Source of the DNA: Eledone cirrhosa
Taxonomy: Eukaryota
DNA length: 64,000 bases
Reading direction: 5' to 3'
NCBI GenBank assembly: GCA_964016885.1
Contig: OZ024745.1
Coordinates: 15,252,001-15,316,000 of the forward strand
Below are positions 39,568 to 53,640 of the stretch, piece after piece; position 1 is the stretch's first letter; every line of letters begins with the position of its first letter. A program made the position numbers and the translations under genes. Below the pieces are notes generated by a model. It was not told where the DNA came from. It did no database searches and worked only from the letters and a program-made list of their open reading frames with translations.

Positions 39568-42500
39568 TATCTCGAGACCTACGTCTCCCCACCCATTACT
39601 AACGTCCATCTCGAGACCTACGTCTCTCCACCCATTACTAACCTCCATCTCGAGACCTACGTCTCCCCACCCATTACTAACGTCCATCTCGAGACTGACG
39701 TCTCCCCACCCATTACTAACCTCCATCTCGAGACCTACGTCTCTCCACCCATTACTAACCTCCATCTCGAGACCTACGTCTCCCCACCCATTACTAACGT
39801 CCATCTCGAGACTGACGTCTCCCCACCCATTACTAACCTCCATCTCGAGACCTACGTCTCCCCACCCATTACTAACCTCCATCTCGAGACTGACGTCTCC
39901 CCACCCATTACTAACCTCCATCTCGAGACCTACGTCTCCCCACCCATTACTAACCTCCATCTCGAGACTGACGTCTCCCCACCCATTACTAACCTCCATC
40001 TCGAGACCTACGTCTCTCCACCCATTACTAACCTCCATCTCGAGACCTACGTCTCCCCACCCATTACTAACCTCCATCTCGAGACTGACGTCTCCCCACC
40101 CATTACTAACCTCCATCTCGAGACCTACGTCTCTCCACCCATTACTAACCTCCATCTCGAGACCTACGTCTCTCCACCCATTACTAACCTCCATCTCGAG
40201 ACCTACGTCTCCCCACCCATTACTAACCTCCATCTCGAGACTGACGTCTCCCCACCCATTACTAACCTCCATCTCGAGACCTACGTCTCTCCACCCATTA
40301 CTAACCTCCATCTCGAGACCTACGTCTCCCCACCCATTACTAACCTCCATCTCGAGACTGACGTCTCCCCACCCATTACTAACCTCCATCTCGAGACCTA
40401 CGTCTCTCCACCCATTACTAACCTCCATCTCGAGACCTACGTCTCCCCACCCATTACTAACCTCCATCTCGAGACTGACGTCTCCCCACCCATTACTAAC
40501 CTCCATCTCGAGACCTACGTCTCTCCACCCATTACTAACCTCCATCTCGAGACCTACGTCTCCCCACCCATTACTAACCTCCATCTCGAGACTGACGTCT
40601 CCCCACCCATTACTAACCTCCATCTCGAGACCTACGTCTCCCCACCCATTACTAACGTCCATCTCGAGACCTACCTCTCCCCACCCATTACTAACCTCCA
40701 TCTCGAGACTGACGTCTCCCCACCCATTACTAACCTCCATCTCGAGACCTACGTCTCCCCACCCATTACTAACCTCCATCTCGAGACTGACGTCTCCCCA
40801 CCCATTACTAACCTCCATCTCGAGACTGACGTCTCCCCACCCATTACTAACCTCCATCTCGAGACCTACGTCTCCCCACCCATTACTAACCTCCATCTCG
40901 AGACTGACGTCTCCCCACCCATTACTAACCTCCATCTCGAGACCTACGTCTCCCCACCCATTACTAACCTCCATCTCGAGACCTACGTCTCCCCACCCAT
41001 TACTAACCTCCATCTCGAGACTGACGTCTCCCCACCCATTACTAACCTCCATCTCGAGACCTACGTCTCCCCACCCATTACTAACGTCCATCTCGAGACC
41101 TACCTCTCCCCACCCATTACTAACCTCTATCTCGAGACCTACGTCTCCCCACCCATTACTAACGTCCATCTCGAGACCTACGTCTCCCCACCCATTACTA
41201 ACGTCCATCTCGAGACCTACGTCTCCCCACCCATTACTAACCTCCATCTCGAGACCTACGTCTCCCCACCCATTACTAACCTCCATCTCGAGACCTACGT
41301 CTCCCCACCCATTACTAACCTCCATCTCGAGACCTACGTCTCCCCACCCATTACTAACCTCCATCTCGAGACCTACCTCTCCCCACCCATTACTAACCTC
41401 CATCTCGAGACCTACGTCTCCCCACCCATTACTAACGTCCATCTCGAGACTGACGTCTCCCCACCCATTACTAACCTCCATCTCGAGACCTACGTCTCCC
41501 CACCCATTACTAACCTCCATCTCGAGACCTACCTCTCCCCACCCATTACTAACCTCCATCTCGAGACCTACGTCTCCCCACCCATTACTAACGTCCATCT
41601 CGAGACTGACGTCTCCCCACCCATTACTAACCTCCATCTCGAGACCTACGTCTCTCCACCCATTACTAACGTCCATCTCGAGACCTACGTCTCCCCACCC
41701 ATTACTAACGTCCATCTCGAGACTGACGTCTCCCCACCCATTACTAACCTCCATCTCGAGACTGACGTCTCCCCACCCATTACTAACCTTCATCTCGAGA
41801 CCTACGTCTCCCCACCCATTACGAACCTCCATCTCGAGACCTACGTCTCCCCACCCATTACTAACCTCCATCTCGAGACCTACGTCTCTCCACCCATTAC
41901 TAACCTCCATCTCGAGACCTACGTCTCCCCACCCATTACTAACCTCCATCTCGAGACCTACGTCTCTCCACCCATTACTAACCTCCATCTCGAGACCTAC
42001 GTCTCCCCACCCATTACTAACCTCCATCTCGAGACTGACGTCTCCCCACCCATTACTAACCTCCATCTCGAGACCTACGTCTCCCCACCCATTACTAACC
42101 TCCATCTCGAGACTGACGTCTCCCCACCCATTACTAACCTCCATCTCGAGACCTACGTCTCCCCACCCATTACTAACCTCCATCTCGAGACTGACGTCTC
42201 CCCACCCATTACTAACGTCCATCTCGAGACTGACGTCTCCCCACCCATTACTAACCTCCATCTCGAGACTGACGTCTCCCCACCCATTACTAACCTCCAT
42301 CTCGAGACTGACGTCTCCCCACCCATTACTAACGTCCATCTCGAGACTGACGTCTCCCCACCCATTACTAACCTCCATCTCGAGACCTACGTCTCCCCAC
42401 CCATTACTAACCTCCATCTCGAGACCTACGTCTCCCCACCCATTACTAACGTCCATCTCGAGACTGACGTCTCCCCACCCATTACTAACCTCCATCTCGA

Positions 42501-45500
42501 GACCTACGTCTCCCCACCCATTACTAACCTCCATCTCGAGACCTACGTCTCTCCACCCATTACTAACGTCCATCTCGAGACTGACGTCTCCCCACCCATT
42601 ACTAACCTCCATCTCGAGACCTACGTCTCCCCACCCATTACTAACCTCCATCTCGAGACCTACGTCTCCCCACCCATTACTAACTTCCATCTCGAGACCT
42701 ACGTCTCCCCACCCATTACTAACCTCCATCTCGAGACTGACGTCTCCCCACCCATTACTAACCTCCATCTCGAGACCTACGTCTCCCCACCCATTACTAA
42801 CCTCCATCTCGAGACTGACGTCTCCCGACCCATTACTAACCTCCATCTCGAGACTGACGTCTCCCCACCCATTACTAACCTCCATCTCGAGACCTACGTC
42901 TCCCCACCCATTACTAACCTCCATCTCGAGACTGACGTCTCCCCACCCATTACTAACCTCCATCTCGAGACTGACGTCTCCCCACCCATTACTAACCTCC
43001 ATCTCGAGACCTACGTCTCCCCACCCATTACTAACGTCCATCTCGAGACTGACGTCTCCCCACCCATTACTAACCTCCATCTCGAGACCTACGTCTCTCC
43101 ACCCATTACTAACCTCCATCTCGAGACCTACGTCTCCCCACCCATTACTAACGTCCATCTCGAGACTGACGTCTCCCCACCCATTACTAACCTCCATCTC
43201 GAGACCTACGTCTCCCCACCCATTACTAACCTCCATCTCGAGACTGACGTCTCCCCACCCATTACTAACCTCCATCTCGAGACCTACGTCTCCCCACCCA
43301 TTACTAACCTCCATCTCGAGACTGACGTCTCCCCACCCATTACTAACCTCCATCTCGAGACCTACGTCTCCCCACCCATTACTAACCTCCATCTCGAGAC
43401 CTACGTCTCTCCACCCATTTTTAACCTCCATCTCGAGACTGACGTCTCCCCACCCATTACTAACCTCCATCTCGAGACCTACGTCTCCCCACCCATTACT
43501 AACCTCCATCTCGAGACCTACGTCTCCCCACCCATTACTAACCTCCATCTCGAGACTGACGTCTCCCCACCCATTACTAACCTCCATCTCGAGACCTACG
43601 TCTCTCCACCCATTACTAACCTCCATCTCGATACCTACGTCTCCCCACCCATTACTAACCTCCATCTCGAGACTGACGTCTCCCCACCCATTACTAACCT
43701 CCATCTCGAGACCTACGTCTCTCCACCCATTACTAACCTCCATCTCGAGACCTACGTCTCCCCACCCATTACTAACCTCCATCTCGAGACTGACGTCTCC
43801 CCACCCATTACTAACCTCCATCTCGAGACCTACGTCTCTCCACCCATTACTAACCTCCATCTCGAGACCTACGTCTCCCCACCCATTACTAACCTCCATC
43901 TCGAGACTGACGTCTCCCCACCCATTACTAACCTCCATCTCGAGACCTACGTCTCTCCACCCATTACTAACCTCCATCTCGAGACCTACGTCTCCCCACC
44001 CATTACTAACCTCCATCTCGAGACTGACGTCTCCCTACCCATTACTAACCTCCATCTCGAGACCTACGTCTCTCCACCCATTACTAACCTCCATCTCGAG
44101 ACCTACGTCTCCCCACCCATTACTAACCTCCATCTCGAGACTGACGTCTCCCTACCCATTACTAACCTCCATCTCGAGACCTACGTCTCCCCACCCATTA
44201 CTAACGTCCATCTCGAGACCTACCTCTCCCCACCCATTACTAACCTCCATCTCGAGACTGACGTCTCCCCACCCATTACTAACCTCCATCTCGAGACCTA
44301 CGTCTCCCCACCCATTACTAACCTCCATCTCGAGACTGACGTCTCCCCACCCATTACTAACCTCCATCTCGAGACTGACGTCTCCCCACCCATTACTAAC
44401 CTCCATCTCGAGACCTACGTCTCCCCACCCATTACTAACCTCCATCTCGAGACTGACGTCTCCCCACCCATTACTAACCTCCATCTCGAGACCTACGTCT
44501 CCCCACCCATTACTAACCTCCATCTCGAGACCTACGTCTCCCCACCCATTACTAACCTCCATCTCGAGACCTACGTCTCCCCACCCATTACTAACCTCCA
44601 TCTCGAGACCTACGTCTCCCCACCCATTACTAACCTCCATCTCGAGACCTACGTCTCCCCACCCATTACTAACCTCCATCTCGAGACCTACGTCTCCCCA
44701 CCCATTACTAACCTCCATCTCGAGACCTACGTCTCCCCACCCATTACTAACCTCCATCTCGAGACCTACGTCTCCCCACCCATTACTAACCTCCATCTCG
44801 AGACCTACCTCTCCCCACCCATTACTAACCTCCATCTCGAGACCTACGTCTCCCCACCCATTACTAACGTCCATCTCGAGACTGACGTCTCCCCACCCAT
44901 TACTAACCTCCATCTCGAGACCTACGTCTCCCCACCCATTACTAACCTCCATCTCGAGACCTACCTCTCCCCACCCATTACTAACCTCCATCTCGAGACC
45001 TACGTCTCCCCACCCATTACTAACCTCCATCTCGAGACTGACGTCTCCCCACCCATTACTAACCTCCATCTCGAGACCTACGTCTCTCCACCCATTACTA
45101 ACGTCCATCTCGAGACCTACGTCTCCCCACCCATTACTAACGTCCATCTCGAGACTGACGTCTCCCCACCCATTACTAATCTCCATCTCGAGACTGACGT
45201 CTCCCCACCCATTACTAACCTTCATCTCGAGACCTACGTCTCCCCACCCATTACTAACCTCCATCTCGAGACCTACGTCTCCCCACCCATTACTAACCTC
45301 CATCTCGAGACCTACGTCTCTCCACCCATTACTAACCTCCATCTCGAGACCTACGTCTCCCCACCCATTACTAACCTCCATCTCGAGACCTACGTCTCTC
45401 CACCCATTACTAACCTCCATCTCGAGACCTACGTCTCCCCACCCATTACTAACCTCCATCTCGAGACTGACGTCTCCCCACCCATTACTAACCTCCATCT

Positions 45501-46863
45501 CGAGACCTACGTCTCCCCACCCATTACTAACCTCCATCTCGAGACTGACGTCTCCCCACCCATTACTAACCTCCATCTCGAGACCTACGTCTCCCCACCC
45601 ATTACTAACGTCCATCTCGAGACTGACGTCTCCCCACCCATTACAAACCTCCATCTCGAGACCTACGTCTCCCCACCCATTACTAACGTCCATCTCGAGA
45701 CTGACGTCTCCCCACCCATTACTAACCTCCATCTCGAGACCTACGTCTCCCCACCCATTACTAACCTCCATCTCGAGACCTACGTCTCCCTACCCATTAC
45801 TAACGTCCATCTCGAGACTGACGTCTCCCCACCCATTACTAACCTCCATCTCGAGACCTACGTCTCCCCACCCATTACTAACCTCCATCTCGAGACCTAC
45901 GTCTCCCCACCCATTACTAACGTCCATCTCGAGACTGACGTCTCCCCACCCATTACTAACCTCCATCTCGAGACCTACGTCTCCCCACCCATTACTAACC
46001 TCCATCTCGAGACCTACGTCTCCCCACCCATTACTAACTTCCATCTCGAGACCTACGTCTCCCCACCCATTACTAACCTCCATCTCGAGACTGACGTCTC
46101 CCCACCCATTACTAACCTCCATCTCGAGACCTACGTCTCCCCACCCATTACTAACCTCCATCTCGAGACTGACGTCTCCCCACCCATTACTAACCTCCAT
46201 CTCGAGACTGACGTCTCCCCACCCATTACTAACCTCCATCTCGAGACCTACGTCTCCCCACCCATTACTAACCTCCATCTCGAGACTGACGTCTCCCCAC
46301 CCATTACTAACCTCCATCTCGAGACTGACGTCTCCCCACCCATTACTAACCTCCATCTCGAGACCTACGTCTCCCCACCCATTACTAACGTCCATCTCGA
46401 GACTGACGTCTCCCCACCCATTACTAACCTCCATCTGGAGACCTACGTCTCCCCACCCATTACTAACGTCCATCTCGAGACTGACGTCTCCCCACCCATT
46501 ACTAACCTCCATCTCGAGACCTACGTCTCCCCACCCATTACTAACGTCCATCTCGAGACCTACGTCTCCCCACCCATTACTAACCTCCATCTCGAGACTG
46601 ACGTCTCCCCACCCATTACTAACCTCCATCTCGAGACCTACGTCTCCCCACCCATTACTAACCTCCATCTCGAGACTGACGTCTCCCCACCCATTACTAA
46701 CCTCCATCTCGAGACTGACGTCTCCCCACCCATTACTAACCTCCATCTCGAGACCTACGTCTCCCCACCCATTACTAACGTCCATCTCGAGACCTACGTC
46801 TCCCCACCCATTACTAACCTCCATCTCGAGACCTACGTCTCCCCACCCATTACTAACCTCCAT
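39568..46863. repeat. 39-bp tandem array, about 187 units, no frame-shifting indels
   Basis: Unit ATCTCGAGAC(CTAC/TGAC)GTCTC(C/T)CCACCCATTACTAAC(C/G)TCC; 7296/39 is about 187. Confidence 0.97.
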
Positions 46864-47399
46864 GATTTATTCAACAATGGAATTTCCGACTTGTTTTTAC
46901 TTTAGTTAGTTTTCAACATGCCACCCCATATTAATCCTATCACACTTAGTTATCTAAGTTCAGACAAACACCATTATTAATTGCAGTGTCGGTATCGTGA
47001 TTTATTTACTGTAAACTGATTCTAGGAAATTATGTGTTGAGATATAATGAAAGATAAAAAGATTTCTATGGAATTTAGTACAGATTTCTGTTTATAAAGT
47101 GTGCAGAAAAATAAAAGAGGTGAATCTTCTTCTGTGAGGTATACTTTATATCATTGTAAACAATTTCATTGTATATCTTTCATCAACTGTTGAATGCTTT
47201 AAGAGTTTGGTTGTATATAGCCTAGAGTAATGACCCTAATCTTTTAATTATCCTTTAACTTTGTAGCTATCCAGCTTGATTACAAAATACCATGGTTATA
47301 TCTCAGGTGGTTCTCCAGATTCCAGAAAGTTAATTCATCTGATCTCTTTTTTTTTCCACTTTTAGATTTGTAGCTGTGATTTCCATATGATATAGTTGG

Positions 47400-47850
47400 T
47401 ATTGGGCTGACAATCGTGAGGTCATGAGTTCGATTACTGGTGGCTCGTTGTGTCACATTGCTCCAGTTCAAAAATTAATTGTATCTGTAATTCGAAGTAC
47501 CAATCTTGTCACATTCTGTGTCATGCTGAATCTCCCTGAGAACTTTGTTAAGTCTACGCGTCTCTATGGAACACTGGGCCATTTGCACGCTAATTTCACG
47601 ATAGGATCAACTGGAATATTCGTCGTCGTAACCGATGGAGTGCCAGATAGAAATTCTTGGACAGGGTGCTGCGTTGTGTTCTTGAGCAAAACACTTTATT
47701 TCACGTTGCTACAATATACTGAGCTGAGAGTGGGTACTAGTTGTAGCCGGGAAGTTCATTCTACGATAGACCAGTAACCTGTCCAGGGTGATTATTTTAC
47801 ACTCAGTCACCTAATGCCAAGGAAACCGAGGATAAGCACCAGCAGTGGCT
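47400..47850 (+). mobile_element. Two adjacent degenerate tRNA-SINE (family B-related) fragments
   Basis: GAGTTCGATT B box near 47426; CTTGAGCAAAACACTTTATTTCACGTTGC near 47681. Confidence 0.6.
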
Positions 47851-47918
47851 TCGGAGTTAATTCTTCGATAGTCCGGCGTCCTGTCCAAGGAGAGTATTTT
47901 AATCTCCGTCACTTAGTG

Positions 47919-48240
47919 TGAAGACGCATGGCTTAGTGGTTAGAGCATTGGGCTTGCAATCGAAAGGTTGTGAGTTCAATTCTCGGACCGGGTGATGTGT
48001 TTTTTCCTTGAGCAAGACACTTTATTTCCCGTTGCTCCACTTTACTGAGCTGTAGAAATGAGATGATAAGACTGGGGTCCCTATCAATAAATTTATCCAA
48101 AACACCTCCAACGAGATATACCTTGGAGGAGGCCAGCTAATCCTGCATAGGTGTGAGCTGTCACATACACACTTAATATCAATGAAACCTGCGATAAAAA
48201 CCGGTCTGATGAGACTTCGGCTTAGAACAGACTTTAACTT
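47919..48240 (+). mobile_element. tRNA-derived SINE family B copy
   Basis: Head nearly identical to 17384. Confidence 0.8.
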
Positions 48241-49033
48241 AACTAATTTTGCTGTTTCTATAGTGTAATAATGTGTTTGATGCTTCATTCAAAATAATTG
48301 TTTCTACTTTTGGCACAAGGCCAGCAATTACCCAGTGTATTACTGCTACTTTTTCAAAATAATGTTAATATATACTCTGCCATATATTATTCTCAAAATT
48401 CATCTTTCCATCTATTTAGGAGATGAGTATCATCAGGTTTCTGTCGTATATTTGTACTGTATATAATGTATATTGCATGAATTTGGTTTCAAATAGATAT
48501 TATTAGTTTTGTGTTTAAATGAAGCTATTATGAAATCTACTACTTTGTAACTATATCCATTTCTCCCTAATACATGGTCATTTCTATGTGAGGTAATTGT
48601 TGGATTGGAATATCAAAGACTGTTGTAGAAGATATTACAGAATATTATAGATAATGCCATCATCTAACACAATAACTTTCATCTACACACATCCTAGTAA
48701 AGAATATAACAGATTATTAGATATTACGGTGAAAATGATATGAATAGATAAGGTAGTTCACTTATCCATAAATTACTAATATATTCAACGATTTCAGCAG
48801 GAGACTCGAAATAATCCAACCATGAATATGTCGTTTGAAAAAGAAATATTGTGGAATGAATTAATTGAACAGAACAAATGGATCATGATGGCGATAATAA
48901 AAGTCTAAAAATATGACACAATATTTTCAATGGTAGCTGAATAATATTTTTCAATATTTTGCCAAAATAATCTGGGTTTAACACACATATACATACGTAC
49001 ATACATAGATACATACATGCACACACACACACA

Positions 49034-49116
<83 letters not shown>

Positions 49117-49269
49117 ATGTATGCGTGCGTGCGTGTGTCTGTGTGTGTTCGTTCAACACAGTTTCATTTGTTGCCAAAATTCTGAAAAATACTATTATGG
49201 AATTATCATTGGAAAATATTGTCATATATTCAAGGACTGAAGCTTGAAATATGTGACATCACTATGGTT

Positions 49270-49750
49270 TATTCTAAGGACTCTTACCAAAATCTAATTT
49301 CACTATAGAAGCCATAAAGTGGTATGATATGACCAACCCACTGCATGTGATATCTATTCACGGAATATTCGATATAGCGTCCCTTTTCCAGCCATTGTGT
49401 ATCAAGTGTAAAGTATTTCCAGGTGATATTCCAAGTATCCCCAGACCCCTCTGGTGGAATCTTTTCAGTATCTGGATGTACCTTCGTTATGACGTCCATG
49501 ATTCAGACCAGTACAGCACTGGTACAATGGTACATCTATCATTGATGCAGAGTGTGGTAGGATGTCTTAAGTCCCTGTTTAACACATTTTTGGAGTGCAT
49601 CTAATTCAATGGAGGCACAGACGACAAGATCCATTATATTCCGAATATAATGTCATGTAGATGGAAGTTGACCAAGGAGAGGGGAAACTCTAATGTAAAA
49701 TATCGCTTGAAACCTCCACCAGTCATCTTGAAATTTCCTTGTCACTGGGC
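49270..49750 (-). mobile_element. Decayed RTE (BovB-like) LINE fragment
   Basis: Minus-strand peptides VPVLYWSESWT, LKRFHQRGLGILGIS and MQWVGHII. Confidence 0.55.
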
Positions 49751-49872
49751 TGATACTTAGAGAGTAGAATGCGTGTTATAGACGGGATTATCGCTCACAC
49801 ACACACACACTGTCTCTCTCTCTCTCTCAATATATATATAGTGAGAGATAGAGTGAGAGAGCGAGAGAAAGG

Positions 49873-49925
<53 letters not shown>
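49873..49925. repeat. (GATA)n at the 3' end of Tx1 copy 2
   Basis: Seen directly. Confidence 0.95.
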
Positions 49926-50158
49926 TTCTTTATTAGCCACAAGGGCGCAACAAGAAAGGGGACAATACAAAGACATGCCGGGGATTTTACATACAGTCGT
50001 GTAAAAAATATAAAAACAAACAATTTCAACATTCGAAATCCCCAATAGGGGGGAGGCGCCACAAATGGGTTGTTTAATACCCCGTCGATAGAACAACCCT
50101 CAACTCGAGGAGCGTGTTGCGCAAGTGCTCCTTTCTTCCTTTTGCTCTCTTCCTCAAC

Positions 50159-53100
50159 CTACAGGCTTATAAACAGAGAAGGCCCAATCACTCGGGCCAT
50201 TTTCGCTTCATTCACCCACCTTTCAGTAAATTTACTGGGGCGCAGTGCCTCTCTCTCCACCCTAATTCTCCTTCTAAAGTGATACTTAAAGAAGGGAATC
50301 AATTGTTGTCCGGAGAGAAAGGCATCTGTCCTCAGTCCTCTCAACCTCGTCCACCATATAACTTCTTTCGCCATAGCCACCGTACAGAGGAAAACCGCCT
50401 CTCTTTCGTTTTTGAAAGAGTCTGGCGGTTTGATCCTTACTATGGACTCGGCAGTCAACTGTATTTGTCCCATACGCGACAGCAGTTGTTCTGCATAGTT
50501 CCACAGGTCGCTTACGCCCGGGCAGTGTACAATTGCGTGCAGAACTGTTTCAATGTCCTGCGCACATCTTGGACACGTCCTCTTGGAAGGATCCCTGCCA
50601 GGGCGTCCGTGCCTGTAGATCTTGTCACGAACCGGTAGAGCTCCTCGGTAGCACTGCCAGGCCAGGGACCTTTGGAAGTTGTCCATAGGTCCCGGGCGGA
50701 AAGTCCTACCAAACAGACTGGTGAGCTCATCGTCTTCGACGCCCAAAGTCTCTCCGAGCACGTCGTCGCCCTTGTAACGTACAATCCCTCTATAGAATGT
50801 CGAAGTGGAGTCTCCACTGATTGCTGTGCCCGCTTGCCAGAGGACTGTGAGCGCCTGAGCACATTCAATGTGCTAGGCGCCCATCGTTTTCGGTCTTTTC
50901 TTCACCCAAGACTGCAGCTCCGTTAGCGAGATGAGCTGTGGGAAAGCCTGTCTCACAAACGGTGCCCACACCGGTTGGGGGTCGGTGAGGAATACCTGGA
51001 GATGCTGCAGCCTCAGCGCATGTTTGCGCATCATCAGCCACGGCATTCCCAGCCCTCCGTTGGAAGGGTGCTGACAGCAGACGGATCTCCTCACCAGCGG
51101 AGCCTGCTTCTTCCACAGAAACTGGAAGAGCATGCGTTCCATCTTGGCGAGGTGTTCACGAGGACAAGGCACGACAGTCAAGCGGTAGTAGATGACGGAC
51201 GCTATGAAAGTGTTCGCCACCTCCGCTCGACCTTTCAAGGACAGTTTGCACTCTGCCCACTTCTGAGTGAGTGCAAACACCTTGGCCGTGACCTCGTTCC
51301 AGTCTTTCTCCACCTGGAGGTCTGAACCGAACCAGACCCCGAGCAATTTCACCGGTCCGTCCGTCCAGCGTCCAACGACGCTGTCGGATGTCATCGGTTT
51401 GCCTCTCCACGTACCGAGTTGCAAACCGACAGACTTGTCTGGGTTTAGTTTTGCTCCCGTCAGCGTTTCGTATTCTTTCAGTATGTTGCCGATCACCCCG
51501 ATTTCCGAGGTGCTCGACACCATTACCGTTACGTTGTCGGCATAAGCCGACGCCGCTTTGCGCAGTCCCGGTTCTAGGGGGATGCTCTGCAACAGCTCCA
51601 ATTTCCGCAGTAGTGGCTCTAGAGTCAATACATACAGAATGGAGGAGAGAGGGCATCCCTGTCGAATGGAACGCGTGATTGCGAACGGCTCCGATAGGTA
51701 GCCGTTCACCTTGACCCTCGAGCAGATGCTGGTGTGCATCGCCTCGATCCATCCTCTGAACACGGGACCGAAACCGGCCGCCTTGAGAACCGCTTCCAAG
51801 TATCGATGGTCGACCCTATCGAATGCCTTAGACTGATCCAAGTTGATCAGAGCCCCACCGAAGCCGGGTTTACTACCCACCCTCTCTATGATGTATCGCA
51901 TGAGGTGGAGGTTGTCGTGTATGGACCTGGTCGGGATTGCACACGTTTGCGCTTTCCCTACCAGGTTCTCGACGACAAGCGCCAACCTCGTCGCTAGCAC
52001 CTTGGCCAAAATCTTTAACTCTGTGTTGAGCAGAGTTATGAGCCTGAAGTTGTTAATTTCATCCCCCTTGTTCTCGTCTTTCCTGATCTGCGTTACTACG
52101 CCCCTGCCTGCAGAACTGGGATTCTCCCGTTCTGCTGCCAATTGCAGTAGACGGCTTCGATGACGCCAGAGAACAAGTCCGGCATGCCTATGTAAAATTC
52201 GTAGGGTAGACCATCTAGACCGGGTGACTTGCGTTTCCCGCAGCGGCCCAGAGCGTCCCGTGTCTCAGTGTCCGTGATCGGTCTTTCGCAGGACTCGGCG
52301 TCCGTGTTCGAGAGACGCGGCAGGCCGTCGAGGTATGAACTAAAGTCCATTGCCCCGTTCGGCTCACCGTCGTTCTGCTCAAACAGTCGCGCAAAGTGCC
52401 GCTGAAAGGCCGCGCACATTTGCTTGGGGTCAAGTAGCACGCGTCCGTTTTGGTCTTTCAAAGACCGAATCGTGGACTTGTTGCCACTTTTTTCCTCCGC
52501 CACTCGGGCCCAGCTGACAGCTTTCGCTCCTTCGTTTCCTAGAGCACGTGTTTTGCTTCTGACCACGCAGCCTTCGTGTTTCGCATCGAAGAACTGGTCC
52601 GGTGCCGTTCTCGACGCTAACACTCTAGCCGCGTTGCCACTTCTAAGTGCCTTCTCTACCTTGGCTACTAGTTCTCTTTCTATTCTGTTTTTCTCTAAGG
52701 CTAACTCTCTACTATGCCCTATCGATTCTATTCTAATTGCTTTCTTGAGAGAGTACCACCATTGTTGACGATGGCTCCCGTTAACTGTTGCTTGACTAGT
52801 CTACTTGTCCGTTCACTGTAAGCTTTACGTGCCGGCAACGACACGTTCAGCTTCCAGTATCCGGGACCCTGTCTATGTATTCTATCACGGTTGACTAAGC
52901 AGACGACTAACTTGTGATCTGAATAGGCAACCATGTGCATTCGTGGACAGATTAACATATCCTTGTCCCTTTCTCTAATGAAGAACCTATCTAAATACGA
53001 TCTAGATGTCCCACTGCGGTTTACCCACGTCCACTGTGGTGCAGTCGGGAAATCCAGTCGATACCTATCGGCCAGTTGGAATTGGCCGATTAAAGTTTTG

Positions 53101-53599
53101 AGGCTGTTGCACCCCGCTCTACTGGGACATGCTCCCACATAGTCCCATCGTGCATCTAGGATACCATTCCAGTCCCCCACTAAAAGTAAGGAGCGAGACG
53201 TTCCCAGAAAAGACTCTAGACGCTTAAAGAAGTCTGGCCGTGATTGCGATTGCCCGGTCGGGGCATAAACGGCCACCAGTCTGAAGGCTCCACCGCCGAT
53301 ACTGTTCACGTCTAGGACTACCAGTCTACCCTCCGGGTCCAAGTGTACTTGCTGTACTCCGACGTCCAGGTTCTTCCGAAACATAACAGCCACTCCACCT
53401 CCATTCCTGGCTGACAGAGAGATGCGTAGATCTCAAAGTCGTCGAAGATGGGGGTTAGTTGCTGCCTGTTGTGGATTCTGGACTCGGTGATGGCTATCAC
53501 ATCCATACTGTGTGACCTAAGGTCGTTTAAAAGTTGGCCCTGTTTCCAGGGCATCCCTAGGCAACGCACATTCACGGTTCCAACTCGTAAACCAGCCAT
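50159..53599 (-). pseudogene. ORF2 (APE-RT-zinc finger) of Tx1 copy 2
   Basis: Split across ORFs 53318..53599, 52728..53393, 52096..52623, 50873..52141 and 50159..50761. YADD is mutated to YADN. Confidence 0.92.
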
Positions 53600-53640
53600 G
53601 TTGGTGAAGAAAAGTTGGAGAAAAAGGACGAAAGGTGCAC

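Noticed and set aside
39568-46863. CRISPR array
   Set aside because: No unique spacers, no cas genes, eukaryotic context.
39538-46905. 2455-aa and 1484-aa ORFs as protein-coding genes
   Set aside because: They result from a 39-bp unit lacking stops in those frames; no unique domains or clear gene structure. Kept only as a hypothesis.
39236-47280. Array flanks as halves of one interrupted retroelement
   Set aside because: Only vague peptide resemblance; cannot be supported without a translated search.
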